Origin: an uncultured archaeon
Lineage (GTDB): Archaea; Asgardarchaeota; Lokiarchaeia; Sigyniarchaeales; SOKP01
NCBI GenBank assembly: GCA_964525635.1
Contig: CAZGJX010000027.1
Location: 1-39,660, forward strand
Length of the DNA stretch: 39,660 nt
Reading direction: 5' to 3'
Positions 9,536 to 19,446 of the stretch are shown in pieces (position 1 is the stretch's first letter; the number at the start of each line of letters is the position of its first letter). The notes beneath the pieces are model-generated. The model was not told where the DNA came from and searched no databases. It was given only the letters and a program-made list of their open reading frames with translations. The position numbers and the translations under genes were made by a program.

Positions 9536-11323
9536 CTATTTGTTCCATCTTTTTTTTATGGAAGTAACTAATCCCACTATTGATATTCCTATTGTAAGAG
9601 TAATAATTTCAATTTCATATCCTGATATTGAAGGTTTTGAAGGAGGAGATGTAGGTTTTTCAACAATTAAATCATAATATGTTTGTGCTAATAAATAATA
9701 TTGTTTAGCATAATAATGTGCTTCAAAGAAATCCCTAGATTCAAACGCAGAATAACATAATGATTTATTTTTAGAAATATAATTCAAAATAGATTCTAAT
9801 GTACCATTTACTGATGATATATTCTTATTGAGAAGTGTTTTGTTAGCTTCATATAGGAGGTTCCATGATTTATTAATATATCTTGCCGTATGTCCTCGAG
9901 CAATTGATTCTCTATCAAAAGTACTGAATGATACATCATAATGAGCATATGTCATAGGTGTTGAAATAAAATCAAATAACCAATCAGTATCATCAATTAT
10001 CGAGCTATCTTTTTCATTTAAAGTGACATAATCATGAGGATGGAATAATCCTATTGTATGTCCAACTTCATGGATTATTAAATAAGAACAATATGTATAA
10101 TCTCCTGGTTTAGGTCGACCATAGCTTCCAATAATTTGTACAATTTGGTTAAGTAATGCATATCCTCCTGGTCGGCCATACTCCCCAGCCGCTATAATAA
10201 TAATTATACTCTTATCAGGGATTCCAAAAGTAGTTTTTATTTGATTATATCTTTCTTTAGTAAGTATTTCGTTAATATCTAAAACAAAATCTTCATACCC
10301 TTCCATATATTTTAGAATAATATCAATTTCCCAAGTTGATTCTGGAATTACTTCTTCAAAGGCATCTTTGACTAAATTCTTATTAATATATTTATTTGGA
10401 TTATTATAGAGTTCATGGTTTGTATAATTATCTAAGATCACAATACTAATTCTATTGAACTCATCTGGTGTAATTGGTTTATAAATATAACATGGAAGGA
10501 AAATATAATCTGTAATTTTCCTTATATATTCTATTAAATTATCATTAAGTTTTAATTTATCAAAGGGAAATGTATAGTTCCATATTGGGGGGATATGATC
10601 AGGAGAGACTCCCTTCATATCGTCAAAAAATTCCCAATCCCAATAATAAATAGGTCCTGCTGATAAATCAAAAAATACACCTCTGTTTGGAAATTCACCC
10701 CCAAAAAGAATTGTATAATTATAATTTTTAGTGCCTGTATCAGGATCTGGAAGATTAAGGGATTAATAATGATAATCTGAGATATAATCATATGTATAAA
10801 GATCAATTAAATAGAAGCAATAACTATTATTTATTCCTAAAAAATAATTATTTATATTGTTATCTAACCATGTTATTGTATCTAATGCAGAATACTCTTT
10901 AGCACTTGTTGCATTTTTGTCATATTTCATTAGATGACCTGGTGGATTGATAGTTTTTTCAGTTGAATTTAAATAACTCTCAAAATCAGTGGTTAAAGTT
11001 GTTCCATCTGAAAAATAATAATTATATTCTAAGTTGTAGAGTATTCCCATATATTGAATGGATAAATTAAAATAATTAAAATTATAAGTAGGTTTTATTA
11101 ATTCTTTTAAATTGGAGTCAATGTACGTGATATTAATATTAGATGTATCAAAACCAATAAAAATAATATTTATTGGAATTGTAGTTTCTAAAAAGAATTC
11201 CTCTAAGGGATTATCTAAAATGATTGATGTTTGTGAAGTCTTTAATTTTTCTGCCTGAATGCTTGGAATCATCATGAAAGAGAAAATAATGACCAAACTT
11301 ATTATTACTTTTTTTCTTAACAT
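9536..11323 (-). pseudogene. Membrane-anchored metzincin-type zinc metalloprotease interrupted by one in-frame TAA (10763-10765)
   Basis: ORFs 10763..11323 and 9536..10618 share a frame and are joined by open sequence YHY*SLNLPDPDTG...FFDLSAGP. Signal peptide; HEVGHTIGLFHPHD with a downstream Met-turn (TPMTY); C-terminal ISGY + TM helix + KKR. Confidence 0.8.
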
Positions 11324-11625
11324 AAATATCGCTATTAATATTAAAGTATTTTGAATATATTAAATTTTAGAAAGACTAAATTATTACTTAAAAAGAGATA
11401 TTAGAAATAACTTGAATTTAAACTACTAAATTGATTCACTTGTAATTCCATACTTGACTATAATAAGTAGGATTCACTTCATTATTGACTCTAATTTTTC
11501 AAATAATTTAATTTATTTACCAATTAATGCCTTATTTTTTAAGTATTCTGATTCTAAAATTATGACCATTTTTCTTGATTCTTATTTAACTTGTTTTTAT
11601 AAAACGATTTTTAAGGAATAATAAA

Positions 11626-12501
11626 TTATAATTCTACCTTTACTCCTCTTTTCTTTAATATCTGTATGGTTTTATTAGTAGGAGTTTTTCCTTTTAAAAT
11701 TAATGGATTTTCTTCTAGATATAGTTCTTGGAGTGAAGTGAGATTACTTAATGTATCAGGAAGCTCTTTCAGGTTATTTTTGCTTAAAACGAGAATTTTT
11801 AAATTTGTTAAGTTACCAATTGATTCTGGTAATACTTCTAGGAAATTATTAAACAAGTTTAAATGTTTTAAGGAATCTAAATTTCCAATAGTATTTGGAA
11901 GATTAATTAATTGATTATTTCCTAAAAATAGATTTTTTAAAGAAACTAAATTACCTATTGATTCTGGTAGTTTGGATAAATTATTGTAAAACAAACTTAA
12001 CCTTCTTAAATTTTTTAAATTATCTATTCCCTCTGGAAGGGATGTTAAATTTGAATAATCAATCCATAAACGTTTTAAGGATGTCAGATTTCCAATTGTT
12101 TCAGGAAGATTTTCTAGTTGAGTATGATTTAAATCTAAATATTCTAGTGATTTTAATTTATCTATAGTTTCAGGAAGATTTTCTAATGGATTCCATTGTA
12201 AATCTAGTGTTTTTAAAGAAGTAAGATTAAGGATGAATGTTGGAAATATTTTAATTAAATTATCTCCTAAATTTAATTTATTAATATTTAATAATTTTCC
12301 TATGAATTGTGGAATTTCTTTTAATTTATTTCCACTTAAATCTATATCTTTGATATTACTTAAGTCTTCAGTAGTTTCGTGTATTTTTTTTATCTCTCTA
12401 TGTTTTAAATCAAGAATATCGAGATTTTTATCAAGATAAAATTTGAAATCACCGAATTTTGATTCTAATGTTAAAAATTTCTTAGGTTGGTTTTCATTCA
12501 T
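11626..12501 (-). CDS. Leucine-rich repeat protein
   Basis: About 10 LRRs; C-terminus LKKRGVKVEL paralogous to 5523..6887. Confidence 0.93.
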   Translation of the reverse strand: MNENQPKKFLTLESKFGDFKFYLDKNLDILDLKHREIKKIHETTEDLSNIKDIDLSGNKLKEIPQFIGKLLNINKLNLGDNLIKIFPTFILNLTSLKTLDLQWNPLENLPETIDKLKSLEYLDLNHTQLENLPETIGNLTSLKRLWIDYSNLTSLPEGIDNLKNLRRLSLFYNNLSKLPESIGNLVSLKNLFLGNNQLINLPNTIGNLDSLKHLNLFNNFLEVLPESIGNLTNLKILVLSKNNLKELPDTLSNLTSLQELYLEENPLILKGKTPTNKTIQILKKRGVKVEL

Positions 12502-12681
12502 TTTATATTTTTCAATAATTCTTTAGTAGATATATATTAAAATAATATCTTATAATTTTTTTAGTTATTTTACATAAAAATTAAAAAACCATTAGGCTCA
12601 TTTATTTTATTTGAAACTAATTTCGAATGATATTTATTAAATTCTATTATAATATTAGTATGTAATTTTTTGAATATTAAA

Positions 12682-14010
12682 ATGCCTTCTACCTTAGAAA
12701 AGATACGTATATTAGGAGCAAATTCTAAGTATGATATTTGTGCTAGTACTGCTTCCAGTCGCACAAAAAAATATCCTAAATTATTTGGGAATTCAAAAGA
12801 TTGGATTGGAGCAACGTCTAGTGGGGGAATTTGTCACAGTTACACCCCAGATGGAAGATGTATGAGTCTATTTAAGACGTTATACACTAATAAATGTATA
12901 TATAATTGTAAATATTGTTTCTCTCAAAGTTGTAAACAGCGAATAAGTTTTACCCCTGAAGAATATGCTCGTACGTTTATGAAACTCTATTCTATGAATG
13001 TTGTTGAAGGTATATTTATTACTTCTGGAGTATATCGTAGTGCCGATGATACTACTGAAGAAATGTTGGAGGCTGTTCGATTACTTCGATTTAAATATAA
13101 TTTTCGGGGATATATTCACTTTAAGTGTTTGCCTGGAGTGGGCCAACATCTCCTTAAAGAAGCTATTTCTCTTTCAGATCGTATATCTATTAATTTAGAA
13201 GCCTCTACTAAGGAACATTTGGCTGAAATAGCCGAACAAAAAGATTTTAAAAATGATTTAATAACAAGACAACGTTGGTTAAAACAAATCCGTGTAAAAC
13301 ATAATGAAGAAGCTCTAAAAAGTATAAAAGATTTACAAAAAGAGAGTCAAATAAAATTCCAAGAAAGAATGATAAAAGACCGACGAGAGGATGGTTATAA
13401 AAAATTTCGATGGGATGGAGCACCAATTCTTAATGGGGGACAAACAACCCAATTCGTAGTAGGAGCTGCAGAAGATGAAACAGATTGGGATCTACTTAAA
13501 AGAATTGATTGTCTTTATAAAGAAATAGATTTGAGACGGGCATATTTTTCTTCATTTAATCCAATAAAAGGGACTCCCCTAGCAAACAAGAATGCTACAT
13601 CATTAGAAAGAGAACATCGTTTATATCAAAGTGATTGGTTATTAAGAATATATCATTATAAATTAAAAGATTTAAAAGAAATATTGACATATGAAGGAAA
13701 TCTGCCGACAGGAGATCCGAAAATACATTTTGCTAGGCATTTTTTCAAAGAATATGGTCCTTTAGATCCAAATCAAGCATCGTATCAAGAATTAATACGT
13801 GTTCCTGGAATTGGTCCAATTTCTGCTAAACGCATTATTAATTTACGCAATAAAAAGTTTAAAATCAGACGTAGAGAAGATTTAAAATCTGTAGGAGTTG
13901 TAATAAAACGAGCTGATCCATATCTTATAATAAATGGTAGGAATCAGAGATCTCTGTGTGAATTCTTTGAACCTAAAAAAAATGAAATCATTCAAGGAGA
14001 GATTTTATGA
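12682..14010 (+). CDS. Putative DNA modification/repair radical SAM protein (TIGR03916-like) with C-terminal HhH
   Basis: SKYDICAS, GICHSYTPDGRCMSLFK, CxxxCxxC (CIYNCKYC), REHRLYQSDWLLR, RVPGIGPISA. Confidence 0.9.
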   Translation: MPSTLEKIRILGANSKYDICASTASSRTKKYPKLFGNSKDWIGATSSGGICHSYTPDGRCMSLFKTLYTNKCIYNCKYCFSQSCKQRISFTPEEYARTFMKLYSMNVVEGIFITSGVYRSADDTTEEMLEAVRLLRFKYNFRGYIHFKCLPGVGQHLLKEAISLSDRISINLEASTKEHLAEIAEQKDFKNDLITRQRWLKQIRVKHNEEALKSIKDLQKESQIKFQERMIKDRREDGYKKFRWDGAPILNGGQTTQFVVGAAEDETDWDLLKRIDCLYKEIDLRRAYFSSFNPIKGTPLANKNATSLEREHRLYQSDWLLRIYHYKLKDLKEILTYEGNLPTGDPKIHFARHFFKEYGPLDPNQASYQELIRVPGIGPISAKRIINLRNKKFKIRRREDLKSVGVVIKRADPYLIINGRNQRSLCEFFEPKKNEIIQGEIL

Positions 14011-14675
14011 CAAAGACAAACAATTGTCGAGATCCTTTAGAAGTTATAGGGAGAGCTAAAGGATATACAAAAAAAGAATTAATAAATAATCTTCAACGTC
14101 ATTCTCATTTCAATCCAAATCTTTTAAAAGAGATTGAAAAACTTCCAGAAGTGATTTTGCGTAATTCAGGTTCTTTTATAGCAAAAAAAATCATCCGTAT
14201 GATGCGAGAGGTCTTTACTGAAGCTTACCGTGCAAAACAATTTACAAGAACTGAAATAAACAATAGAGGTGTTTTATTTGGGGTAGTTTCACTTAAACAT
14301 AGGGTAATGGATCTTGTTTTAAAATATTTTCATGAACGATGGCCATCTTGTGTAATAGTTATGTATAATGAACATACTCGTAAAACTCATTTAATGAATG
14401 AAAAAGGAGTAATGCAAGTTATAAAAACATCTCTTCAAAATATTGTAGATAGAATAAGTATAAAACGTCCTATTATGCCTTATTATAATGACATCCAATT
14501 TTCTGGTAAAAAGATATTCGAAACGCTTTATAAATCACAAAATATAACTGAACGAGAGAATCCAAATTATTTTAAAAAAATGATCCCCAAAACCTGTTTT
14601 AAATTACCTGGGATGAGAGATGGTATTGAAAAAAGATATAACTCTCGAAATAAAAATCTCAACGATTTTCTTTAA
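14007..14675 (+). CDS. DUF4130 / TIGR03915-like putative DNA metabolism protein
   Basis: ATGA overlap with the radical SAM gene (the usual pairing); AKQFTR, YFHERWP, YKSQNITERENP motifs. Confidence 0.75.
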   Translation: MTKTNNCRDPLEVIGRAKGYTKKELINNLQRHSHFNPNLLKEIEKLPEVILRNSGSFIAKKIIRMMREVFTEAYRAKQFTRTEINNRGVLFGVVSLKHRVMDLVLKYFHERWPSCVIVMYNEHTRKTHLMNEKGVMQVIKTSLQNIVDRISIKRPIMPYYNDIQFSGKKIFETLYKSQNITERENPNYFKKMIPKTCFKLPGMRDGIEKRYNSRNKNLNDFL

Positions 14676-14821
14676 CATTTATTTTATATTTATATGAAAT
14701 TCTTGAATTATGATTAGTTTTAGATTTTAATTTCCAAATATTGTAAGCTATAGTGTGATATCTATAGAATAAGACTAAAATTAAATAGACTGATAAATAT
14801 TTTTAAAGAAATAGAAGATTT

Positions 14822-14983
14822 TTATTTTTGTAATTCCCTTTTCTTTAATCTTAAATCCTTACTACGACATCTTCTGCATTTTTTTGCTCTTAGAGGATTA
14901 AGAGAGCCACATTTTCTACATACTGTTTTCATTAGTAAGTGATGACGGGCTATTGTTTTCTTAAATGGGTCATCGAGGGGCAT
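14822..14983 (-). CDS. rpl40e: 50S ribosomal protein L40e (stand-alone)
   Basis: Manual translation, 53 aa: MPLDDPFKKTIARHHLLMKTVCRKCGSLNPLRAKKCRRCRSKDLRLKKRELQK. Below the ORF-track length cutoff. Confidence 0.95.
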   Translation of the reverse strand: MPLDDPFKKTIARHHLLMKTVCRKCGSLNPLRAKKCRRCRSKDLRLKKRELQK

Positions 14984-15219
14984 GATTATTCAGTTTTTTT
15001 ATTTTGTTTAAATATATTTACTTTAATAAGTTAAAATAATCTATTTATGAATAATATGAAAAAAAATGCATTTAAAATAAAATTTTTGAATAAATCAAGA
15101 ATCATTTGGTAAACATAAATCTTTTAAATAACTTCCAACAATTAAATTAAAATTTAATAAATAATAAGATAGTACATAATTAGGATTTATATCAATAATA
15201 ATCACTATAATTGTTTAAA

Positions 15220-15414
15220 ATGCCGAAAGAATTATTCGATGAAGAATCATTTTTAAATGTATCAGATCAAGCAATTCATTGTAGAGTAAAAAGAATAAAA
15301 GATACAGTTAAGTTAAAACTAAGAACAAAAAAGATTTTATATACTTATAAAACTGACCCTATCTCAGCGGAAAGATTATTGAAAAATATTAGCTGTGATA
15401 TAATAGAGTTATAA
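15220..15414 (+). CDS. rpl38e: 50S ribosomal protein L38e
   Basis: MPKEL...RVKR...VKLKLRTKKILYTYK signature. Confidence 0.9.
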   Translation: MPKELFDEESFLNVSDQAIHCRVKRIKDTVKLKLRTKKILYTYKTDPISAERLLKNISCDIIEL

Positions 15415-15428
15415 TTGGTTTTATTATC

Positions 15429-15938
15429 ATGAAATTTCTCCCTGCATGTGAGACTTGTGTAAAATCGGGTTTTTTATGTTCCAGTTGTCAACAAAATCTG
15501 GATAATGACCAGCTTACTTCATTTGAGTTAGATTTATCAAGAGATTTACTTGAATTAGAAGAAAAGGGAGAATATAATTATTTGGAAAAAATCTCATTCT
15601 TTAAGGCAATAGATTATGAAGATGTGGTAATTATAATCGTAGCTAAAGGAGATAAAGTAATAATAACACCAAAACTTTTAAATTGGATAAAAGAAACGTA
15701 TGAAATCGAAAAAATTATTCTTATTGAAAAAACTAATAATCCAAGATTTGTTATTGAGAATTTAATTGCACCAGGAAAGGTAGTATCTTTAAATGAAATA
15801 TTTTTAGCAACAGGAGATACAGAATTTCGAGCAGTTATTCAAGCTAATAATAAAGATAAAATTTTATTTACTAATGAAGAATTGGAAGAATTAGTTTTGG
15901 AATTAACCAATGAAACTGTAAGAATTGAATATGAATAA
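15429..15938 (+). CDS. Archaeal NusA-like KH-domain protein with N-terminal Cys4 motif
   Basis: CETCVKSGFLCSSCQ N-terminus; ENLIAPGKVVSLNEIF; typical size. Confidence 0.7.
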   Translation: MKFLPACETCVKSGFLCSSCQQNLDNDQLTSFELDLSRDLLELEEKGEYNYLEKISFFKAIDYEDVVIIIVAKGDKVIITPKLLNWIKETYEIEKIILIEKTNNPRFVIENLIAPGKVVSLNEIFLATGDTEFRAVIQANNKDKILFTNEELEELVLELTNETVRIEYE

Positions 15939-16053
15939 ATGTTAACTTTTATTCGATTATTTTTATTTTAACAATAAAATATGTCAAATCTTCACATTTC
16001 AGATTATTACAATGGTAAGCTAAAAATCTTATTATACAAATGAGGATATTAAA

Positions 16054-16410
16054 ATGGATGATATAAAACAAGTAATTATTATAAGAATGGATTTAAAGAT
16101 GGGAGTGGGAAAAAAATGCGCTCAGGCATGTCATGCAAGTATTACATCTTCAAACAAAGTCAGAAGAGTAAATAAAAAATTATGGAAGGATTGGATCCAT
16201 TTTGGACAAAAGAAAGTAGTATTAAAAACACAATCAATAGATGAATTGATGAATATATATTCCCAATTACAGAAAGAGGATATTCTCTGCACTATAATAA
16301 ATGACGCGGGATTAACTCAATTATCTCCCGGAACAACAACAGCTTTGGGAATAGGCCCTGTAATTTCAAGTAAAGTTGATAAAATTACAGGAATTCTGAA
16401 ATTATTATAA
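16054..16410 (+). CDS. pth2: Peptidyl-tRNA hydrolase 2
   Basis: KQVIIIRMDLKMGVGKKCAQACHA, GQKKVVLK, DAGLTQLSPGTTTALGIGP. Confidence 0.96.
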   Translation: MDDIKQVIIIRMDLKMGVGKKCAQACHASITSSNKVRRVNKKLWKDWIHFGQKKVVLKTQSIDELMNIYSQLQKEDILCTIINDAGLTQLSPGTTTALGIGPVISSKVDKITGILKLL

Positions 16411-16435
16411 TATAATTTAGTAAAGTTGAGAATTA

Positions 16436-17818
16436 ATGGATTTCACTTATTCATTTAGAAATAACAATAAGAGAGAAGTTGAAAAGTTTGTCGGAATAGA
16501 AATATTTACTACTTCTGATATTGAGGGTATTGGAGGTATATATAAAGATCGGTATAAAGATTTTATAGTAAAAGAAATTACTGAGAGTGGTAAAATACTT
16601 GAAATTAAAGAAGATAGACAAAGTCCTCCATTTCTAAGAGGAAGAGATAGATTTACAACTTTTAACTTAATAAAAATTAATAAAGATACATTTAATGCTC
16701 TTAGAGAGATAAGTAAAGTATTAAATATATCTAGAGAGAATATCTTTTATTCTGGACTAAAAGATAAATGTTCAATTAGTGTACAGAAAGTCTCAATTAG
16801 AGGAAATTTTGTTAAAGAATTTAAAAAGTTAAAAATTAGGGATTTATTCCTCAGATCTATCACTCCTTCTAAAAAGCCTGTCATGTTAGGAAGTAATAGA
16901 GGGAATAATTTCACCATAACTATTAGGAATATACAAGATATAAATCAGTTAGAAGCAAGGATTAAAAATATTTTAGAAATATTGAATCATAGAGGATTTC
17001 CTAATTATTTTGGATTACAAAGATTTGGAACATATCGTCCCAATTCTCATTTAATTGGACGTTATTTATTACAAGGAGATTATAAAAAAGCATTTCAAGA
17101 ATTTGTATCTACGACATACTCTACTGAAAGTAAAAATTTATCGAAAAAACGTTATAAAATTGGAAAATCTTTGGAAAAACCAAAGGCTCTAAAAAATAAA
17201 TATAATGAATTTCCAACAAGTCTTAATTATGAATGTAGATTAATAAAACATATTATAAATCATCCTAAGGATTATAGAGGTGCATTTGATAAACTTAATC
17301 CTGATGTCTTAAATCTCATAATTAATGCATTTCAATCATATATCTTTAATAAAATGCTTTCTCTACGGGTAACCAAAGGTATTTCTTTATTTAAACCTAT
17401 AAAGGGAGATGTAATAGCTCTCCTCGATGAAGTTAATGGGCATACAACTGATGTGAAATATATTTATGGAAATTCTTATGATGATTACTTAAAGGAAGCA
17501 ATTAATTTAAATCGCGCTATTATTGTTTTGCCAATTATCGGTTTTAGTTCTGATTTAAATGAATTTCCTCTCATGAAAGGATTATTCAATGAAATAATTG
17601 ATAATGAAAAGATTGATCCATGTATATTACAGAGTCAATTTTTAAGTGATTTTAACTTAAAAGGTTCACATAGAGCTATGACAACTAAACCTATAGGATT
17701 AAAAATAAATGAATTAGTTGACGATGATGTTTATATTGGTAAGAGAAAACTTAAAATAGAATTTTCTCTAAATAAAGGGTCATATGCAACCATGCTACTT
17801 AGAGAATTGATGAAATGA
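16436..17818 (+). CDS. truD: tRNA pseudouridine(13) synthase TruD/Pus7
   Basis: DFIVKE, SGLKDK, GNNFTI, GFPNYFGLQRFG, FSLNKGSYATMLLRE. Confidence 0.95.
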   Translation: MDFTYSFRNNNKREVEKFVGIEIFTTSDIEGIGGIYKDRYKDFIVKEITESGKILEIKEDRQSPPFLRGRDRFTTFNLIKINKDTFNALREISKVLNISRENIFYSGLKDKCSISVQKVSIRGNFVKEFKKLKIRDLFLRSITPSKKPVMLGSNRGNNFTITIRNIQDINQLEARIKNILEILNHRGFPNYFGLQRFGTYRPNSHLIGRYLLQGDYKKAFQEFVSTTYSTESKNLSKKRYKIGKSLEKPKALKNKYNEFPTSLNYECRLIKHIINHPKDYRGAFDKLNPDVLNLIINAFQSYIFNKMLSLRVTKGISLFKPIKGDVIALLDEVNGHTTDVKYIYGNSYDDYLKEAINLNRAIIVLPIIGFSSDLNEFPLMKGLFNEIIDNEKIDPCILQSQFLSDFNLKGSHRAMTTKPIGLKINELVDDDVYIGKRKLKIEFSLNKGSYATMLLRELMK

Positions 17819-17854
17819 ATTGAATAGAGAGAATAAGATTTTATTTAGGCATAA

Positions 17855-19315
17855 TTAGATGTTAATATTTATTAAACTAGACGTTTTAAATCCTAAAATA
17901 TCAATTATATTTATTTTAACTCTAAATTGACCAATATTATTATATTCAAAATCACCTGTCTTAAGCAAAATTTCTCTATTTTTAGGAGTTTTATAAGATA
18001 TCCAAATTGGTTTAAATGTACTATTTTTATAATTAAAATCTATAGAAAGGTACTCTATCCAATCAAACCAATTTTTTATATTATCTTTAAGGCTTTCTGA
18101 TAATAAATCTAAATAAGGAATATTATAATTAGAAATTTCAATACTTACTTTATTGTTTTCTTTTTTAACTTTTATATCAAAATTTGGTTCAGCGATGTTT
18201 TCTGAATTTTTGTTTTCTTTTATTTTTTCGTTATAAAATTCTTCAGGAATCGTATTTCTCTGATTTTTCTTTTTAAGGTAATAAATAGTGAATGGTTGAG
18301 CAAAATCCATATATTTCTTATTCCAATTTAATATATCATTTGAATTGTTTAATTCAAGTAACCTTTTTCGTGTAGTTAAAATAGAATTAAAGTTCAAATC
18401 ACATGCAATCCATTTACGTCCCAGTTTCTCAGCAACAGCAGCTGTAGTTCCAGATCCACAGAAAAAATCTGCGATGATACTATTTTTATTACTTGATGCT
18501 AGAATAATTCTTTTCAATAATCTCTCTGGTTTTTGAGTTGAAAATCCTTGATATTCCTTAGTATTTGCTCTTATATAAGGTATGTCTGTCCAAACATCTC
18601 TAGGAAACACACCACTCTTTTTAATATAGACTTTTTCTTTTAATTTTTTACCATTATGACTACCTCCTCTATAATAGTATAATCCTTTTTCGTCTTCTTT
18701 TATTGCATTTTTTACTCGGTTTGAATATTCCATATAATTATCAGAATCATCATTAAAAATGTAATTATCTGATTTGGTATAAAAAAAAATAGAATCATAA
18801 GAACGAACAAAAAATCTTTTTGTCTGGGCTGAAGCAGCTGGATAATGCCAAATAATTTCATTTCTAAAATTTTCAATCCCAAAAATTTCATCCAGAATCA
18901 ATTTAATATAATGACTGACATGATAATCTAAATGAACATAAATGGAACCATTATAAGAAAGTAATTCTTTCATTATATTGAGACGTTCACGAATGAAAGA
19001 TATATATGACTCTAGATCTCTATTCCATTTATCATTATAAGAGATTTTTTTTATATAGTTTTTTCCCAGAAAAATTCTATGGTAATAATCACTACCACTA
19101 TAAAATGGAGGATCAATATAGATAAGATCAATTTTCTCTTTAAATTTTTTAAGTAGAGATAATAATACTTCTTTATTTTCGCCACAAATAAGTATATTAT
19201 TCCAAATATTCATATTTTCATTATATTTCTTAGTTATGAATTTCTGGGATACATTTCCTTTTTTTTTAAAATTGTGGGAAATTTCTGGAATAACAAATTC
19301 ATCTGGATGATTCAA
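17855..19315 (-). CDS. Site-specific DNA adenine methyltransferase (beta class, Mod-like), orphan
   Basis: IYIDPPF precedes TQKPERLL and DFFCGSGTT; no adjacent restriction gene. Confidence 0.9.
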   Translation of the reverse strand: MNHPDEFVIPEISHNFKKKGNVSQKFITKKYNENMNIWNNILICGENKEVLLSLLKKFKEKIDLIYIDPPFYSGSDYYHRIFLGKNYIKKISYNDKWNRDLESYISFIRERLNIMKELLSYNGSIYVHLDYHVSHYIKLILDEIFGIENFRNEIIWHYPAASAQTKRFFVRSYDSIFFYTKSDNYIFNDDSDNYMEYSNRVKNAIKEDEKGLYYYRGGSHNGKKLKEKVYIKKSGVFPRDVWTDIPYIRANTKEYQGFSTQKPERLLKRIILASSNKNSIIADFFCGSGTTAAVAEKLGRKWIACDLNFNSILTTRKRLLELNNSNDILNWNKKYMDFAQPFTIYYLKKKNQRNTIPEEFYNEKIKENKNSENIAEPNFDIKVKKENNKVSIEISNYNIPYLDLLSESLKDNIKNWFDWIEYLSIDFNYKNSTFKPIWISYKTPKNREILLKTGDFEYNNIGQFRVKINIIDILGFKTSSLININI

Positions 19316-19446
19316 AAATTCATTCCTTTATTTTTTTTGAAAAGTATTTGATTTATGTTTGGCTTTTAATGTTTTTAAATAAGTTAATTTATATTTTTTT
19401 ACTCTTATATTTATTCAGAGTTTAAATAACAATTTTCAAATTTATT

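Noticed and set aside
10615-10806. 63-aa ORF bridging the two protease fragments
   Set aside because: Wrong frame; the true bridge is the open frame shared by both fragments.
3226-12439. Plus-strand ORFs antisense to the LRR genes (3226, 3598, 6025, 11666, 11958, 12233)
   Set aside because: Shadow ORFs caused by repetitive LRR codon usage; no independent motifs.
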